Shown here: piece by piece, positions 60,514 through 64,000 of the stretch | How the letters are laid out: each line of letters opens with the position of its first letter | Numbering within the stretch: position 1 is the first letter of the stretch | Virus record (IMG/VR): IMGVR_UViG_3300007640_000027 | DNA from: a virus | DNA length: 64,000 nt | Direction: 5' to 3' (one strand) | Translations under genes and position numbers: made by a program | Notes under the pieces: generated by a model | The model's input: only the letters and a program-made list of their open reading frames with translations | Told to the model about the DNA's origin: nothing | Databases searched by the model: none

Positions 60514-60587
60514 AACTTTTAAATTAAAAATGTATTTAATAATACATATTTTATATAAAATGATTAATTTTTTAAAAAATTAAAATT

Positions 60588-61769
60588 ATGAAAAAAATAG
60601 ACTTATTTAAAGTTTTTATGTCACCTACCGCAGCTGAAGAAGTGGGTAAAGTTTTAAACAGTGGTTACATAGGTCAAGGACCAAAAGTAGATGAATTTGA
60701 AACAATATTAAAACAAAGATTTAACCACGATTATATTTCTACTGTAAATGCAGGAACATCTGCCCTACATTTAGCACTTCATTTATTAAAAAAGCCTTCA
60801 ATAAATCAATTGACTAAATTTGGTAGTTTAATGTATGAATCAAAATGGCCAGGTTTAGAAGATGGAGATGAAGTTTTAGCTACACCGATGACTTGTACCG
60901 CCTCAAACTGGCCTATATTGGCAAATAATCTTAAAATAAAATGGGTAGATATTGACCCAACTACTTTAAATATGGATTTAGATGATTTAGCCAGAAAAAT
61001 TACACCAAAAACAAAAGTAATAATGTTGGTACATTGGGGTGGTTATCCGAATGACTTAGAAAAAGTTAAACAAATTCAAGAAAGAGCATATAGTATGTAT
61101 GGTTTTAAACCCGCTATTATTGAAGATGGTGCACACTCTTTTGGTTCAGAATACAAAGGTAAACTTATCGGTACACATGGTAATTTAACAATGTTTTCTT
61201 TACAAGCAATTAAACATATAACATCTGTAGATGGTGGGTTGCTTTTTTCACCACATAAAAAATTAAATGACAGGGCAAGGTTAATTAGGTGGTATGGTAT
61301 TGACAGAGACAGTGATAGAAAAGATTTTAGATGTGAGGCCGATATTGAGGAATGGGGTTTTAAGTTTCATATGAATGATGTTTGCGCTACGGTTGGTATT
61401 GAAAATTTAAAACATGCTGATGAAATTATTAGTAAGCATAGAGAAAATGCCAAATACTACGATGAAAACTTAAAAGAGGTAAATGGTGTTACATTGTTAA
61501 AAAGAGAAGATGGTTTTGATTCTGCATTTTGGATATACTCAATGTTAGTTGAAGATAGAGATGGTTTTTATAAACATATGGAAAAACACAATATTTCAGT
61601 ATCTCAAGTTCATGAAAGAAATGATAAACACACTTGCGTTAGAGAATATGTTAGTAATCTACCTAATTTAGATAGAACAATAAACAAAATTGTTTCAATA
61701 CCTGTTGGTTGGTGGGTAACACCTGAAGAAAGAGAATATATTGTTGAGACAATAAAAAAAGGTTGGTAA
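60588..61769 (+). CDS. DegT/DnrJ/EryC1/StrS PLP-dependent sugar aminotransferase
   Basis: GPKVDEFE, NAGTSALHLAL, VHWGG, IEDGAHSFG, FSLQAIKHITSVDGG. Confidence 0.92.
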   Translation: MKKIDLFKVFMSPTAAEEVGKVLNSGYIGQGPKVDEFETILKQRFNHDYISTVNAGTSALHLALHLLKKPSINQLTKFGSLMYESKWPGLEDGDEVLATPMTCTASNWPILANNLKIKWVDIDPTTLNMDLDDLARKITPKTKVIMLVHWGGYPNDLEKVKQIQERAYSMYGFKPAIIEDGAHSFGSEYKGKLIGTHGNLTMFSLQAIKHITSVDGGLLFSPHKKLNDRARLIRWYGIDRDSDRKDFRCEADIEEWGFKFHMNDVCATVGIENLKHADEIISKHRENAKYYDENLKEVNGVTLLKREDGFDSAFWIYSMLVEDRDGFYKHMEKHNISVSQVHERNDKHTCVREYVSNLPNLDRTINKIVSIPVGWWVTPEEREYIVETIKKGW

Positions 61770-62191
61770 TGAAATTGAGACCATTAACCATAAATGATAT
61801 TGATTTCTTACTTGAAGTTAGAAATGATGATTCTACACGTAGATTTTTAGAAAATGATTCTATTTTTACGTATGATGAAAGTTTAAATTGGTTTAATACT
61901 ACAAAACCTAATTGGTTTATTATTGAAGTCAATAACGAAAGAGTTGGTTATATTAGAACTAATGGTGATGAAGTTGGTTGTGATATTCATCCTAATTTTC
62001 GCAGAAAAGGTTATGCTCGTCAAGCTTATTTAGAATACTTAAAAGATAAATCATACGCCACTTTATGGGTTTTTGAAAATAACTTTGCAAAAAACTTATA
62101 TAAATCTTTAGGTTTTATAGAAACAGGTGAAGTTAAAATCATTAGAAATCAAAAGTATATATTTATGAAATATGAAAGAAGAAATAGTTAA
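61763..62191 (+). CDS. GNAT N-acetyltransferase (PseH-like, for an amino sugar)
   Basis: IHPNFRRKGYA acetyl-CoA motif, N..AKNLYKSLGF; follows the aminotransferase. Confidence 0.8.
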   Translation: MVMKLRPLTINDIDFLLEVRNDDSTRRFLENDSIFTYDESLNWFNTTKPNWFIIEVNNERVGYIRTNGDEVGCDIHPNFRRKGYARQAYLEYLKDKSYATLWVFENNFAKNLYKSLGFIETGEVKIIRNQKYIFMKYERRNS

Positions 62192-62801
62192 TAAAATTTT
62201 TATTGGTGGTTTTGGTGGTACGGGAAGTAGAGTTATTACTGAAATATTTGAAGCGTTTGGATACTATATCGGAAGAGAAATTGGTGGAAATTCATTAGAT
62301 TTTGGTAAAGGTAAATTTGTAGGTGCATTTGACAGATCTTGGAGAGTTAAAAATTTTAATGAAGTTATTAAGTTTATTAAAGATAATCTAAAAAACTCAG
62401 ATCGTTTTGCCATTAAACATGGTCATTTTATGTTTATTAATGATGTACTTAAAGAAAATTTTCCCGGATGTAAAACAGTATATATTATGAGACATCCAAT
62501 AGATATGGCGGTTAAAAATCAATATAAACCTCATTGTAAATATAGTAATATTAAGTGTAATGATTTAGACGGTAAAATAAAATATTATATAAATGAATCT
62601 ATTAAATCCTGTGAACAATCAGATTTAATTATAAAATATGAAGATCTTTGTGTTGATTTAGAAAATCAACTAAAAATAATTAAGCAATTTATTGGTGATA
62701 ATACTTTATTTTTACCTAAAATAAACATAAAACCTTCATCATCAACAGGTAAACAAGTACACTTATATGATAAGTACGATGTTTCAATGTTAGGGTATTA
62801 A
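62172..62801 (+). CDS. Sulfotransferase-family (P-loop) protein
   Basis: IFIGGFGGTGSRVI 5'-PSB-like loop, YIMRHPID 3'-PB-like motif, IKYEDL. Confidence 0.6.
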   Translation: MKEEIVNKIFIGGFGGTGSRVITEIFEAFGYYIGREIGGNSLDFGKGKFVGAFDRSWRVKNFNEVIKFIKDNLKNSDRFAIKHGHFMFINDVLKENFPGCKTVYIMRHPIDMAVKNQYKPHCKYSNIKCNDLDGKIKYYINESIKSCEQSDLIIKYEDLCVDLENQLKIIKQFIGDNTLFLPKINIKPSSSTGKQVHLYDKYDVSMLGY

Positions 62802-62812
62802 ATTCGTAAATT

Positions 62813-63490
62813 ATGAATATAAAAAATCATCCAATAGAATTTTATATAGATAAGTTAAATAAAAAAGAACATTTTTCATTTACCAGATGGGGAGATGGAG
62901 AGTGGTTTTGTGCTATGGGAGTACAGGGTCAAAATTGTGACTCACATATTTACTTTCCAGAATTAAAAGATGGTCTTAATTTAGCATTAAAAAATAATAA
63001 AGGTTATTATAAGGCAATATGGAATTTAGATCATGGACAAATAAAAAATATCTTAAATAGATTACTACCTTTTTTAAATGATAATAAAATATCTGTAGAT
63101 TGGGTAAATGCCGGAATATGGGAAGATGTTACTCTTAATGGTAAATTAAAAACTTTAATAGATTCTTTAGAAAAAAGAAATTTTGTAATAGTGTCAAACG
63201 ATAACTTAAAAAACTTAAACATCAAATATTGTGATTTTATTACCGTACCTTCACGTAATTGTTTTTTAGATAAAGAAAGGATTAAACTCGACATGATTAA
63301 AATGACTGAAAAATATAAAGATGTAGTATTTGGTTTATCGGCATCTATGGCCACAAATGTAATTGTAGACGAACTTTACGATGTTATCGGAGATAGATGT
63401 ACTATGATTGATTTTGGATCTATATGGGATCCATTTGTTGGTAAACAAACTAGAAGTTATCACAGACAATATAAAACCAATAAAATATGA
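62813..63490 (+). CDS. GT-D fold / DUF1792-like glycosyltransferase
   Basis: FSFTRWGDGE and C-terminal IDFGSIWD. Confidence 0.65.
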   Translation: MNIKNHPIEFYIDKLNKKEHFSFTRWGDGEWFCAMGVQGQNCDSHIYFPELKDGLNLALKNNKGYYKAIWNLDHGQIKNILNRLLPFLNDNKISVDWVNAGIWEDVTLNGKLKTLIDSLEKRNFVIVSNDNLKNLNIKYCDFITVPSRNCFLDKERIKLDMIKMTEKYKDVVFGLSASMATNVIVDELYDVIGDRCTMIDFGSIWDPFVGKQTRSYHRQYKTNKI

Positions 63491-64000
63491 TTCATTGTAG
63501 ACCATATGGTGGAATTTCAAATAGAATGAAATGTATAATTTCATGTATTGCAGAGTATGATGAAATTAATTTAATATGGAAAATACCTGAAACCGGTGGT
63601 GGTGTTAGATGTGAATTTAATGACATTTATAAAAATATCTATAAAGGACATTCAAGCAAAATAGTAAATAGTTGTAAATTTATACATGAAGAAATGAATA
63701 CCTTAGAAGATGAAGAAAAAAACACATTATCTAATGAACTTAAACAAAAATACTTAAATGTAATAAAAACATTACAACCTGTTGATTATATTTTAGAAAG
63801 AGTTAAAGAAGAAAAAGATAAATTAGGTGATTTTAATACTGTTAGTGTAAGAACTTTCAGAAGTTTTGAGCAAGAGTATGAATCTTGGGGTAAATTTTTT
63901 AAAATAGAAAATTTATTTAAAATTATGGATAATTTAGAAGGTAAAATTCTATTAACTTGTGACGATAATGATGTTACAGACGTAATAAAAAATAAATATG
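63487..64000 (+). CDS. Partial fucosyltransferase-like (GT11/NodZ-type) glycosyltransferase, truncated by the window end
   Basis: ATG 63487 (ATGA overlap); MIHCRPYGGISNRM..., VSVRT, ILLTCDD; open to 64000. Confidence 0.55.
   Translation, partial: MIHCRPYGGISNRMKCIISCIAEYDEINLIWKIPETGGGVRCEFNDIYKNIYKGHSSKIVNSCKFIHEEMNTLEDEEKNTLSNELKQKYLNVIKTLQPVDYILERVKEEKDKLGDFNTVSVRTFRSFEQEYESWGKFFKIENLFKIMDNLEGKILLTCDDNDVTDVIKNKY

Noticed and set aside
60530-60547. Inverted repeat ATGTATT-TAAT-AATACAT upstream of the aminotransferase
   Set aside because: Almost all A/T in a very AT-rich gap; likely chance
492-63544. Numerous 60-120 aa antisense or nested ORFs in the track (e.g. 32594..32908, 52968..53327, 39289..39501, 63031..63354)
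   Set aside because: They overlap well-supported genes, lack motifs and look like shadow ORFs
1-64000. Stop-codon reassignment (TAG/TGA recoding) as in some jumbo phages
   Set aside because: Genes are full length and densely packed under the standard code; TAG and TGA end genes at sensible positions
1-64000. CRISPR array, intron/intein, integrase or transposase
   Set aside because: No spaced direct repeats; nrdA, polB and helicase have normal lengths without splice motifs; no recombinase or transposase motifs seen

Overview
64 kb of an AT-rich, large myovirus-type (contractile-tailed, probably jumbo) phage genome read with the standard genetic code. The host is probably Bacteroidota: starts lack Shine-Dalgarno sequences and the ribonucleotide reductase is the Flavobacteria-type class Id with an ATP-cone on beta. 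It holds (i) baseplate, tail and neck genes (gp6-, gp25-, gp27-, gp53-, gp48/54-, gp26-, gp19-, gp18-, gp15-, gp14- and gp13-like, plus a tape measure); (ii) replication genes interleaved with them (nrdAB, DnaB-like helicase, 5'-3' exonuclease, RecA-like, a frameshifted SSB, SNF2 helicase, PolB, dUTPase); (iii) small and accessory proteins with L/I/V-x-E leader motifs, including a MnSOD fused to a nuclease-like domain, a stand-alone WYL protein and a HAD phosphatase; and (iv) the start of a glycan-biosynthesis island (about 55.1 kb to the window end). Best leads: a strongly over-represented [S/T]-G-x-T motif in virion proteins that may be a glycosylation sequon for the phage's own glycosyltransferases; a candidate protease-cleaved head-cargo tagging system; a candidate +1 (or -2) programmed frameshift ahead of the tape measure gene; and a TATTTAT upstream motif that is the reverse complement of the T4 late promoter. 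All family calls come from motif recognition by eye, not database searches. No tRNA, rRNA, CRISPR array or mobile element was seen.
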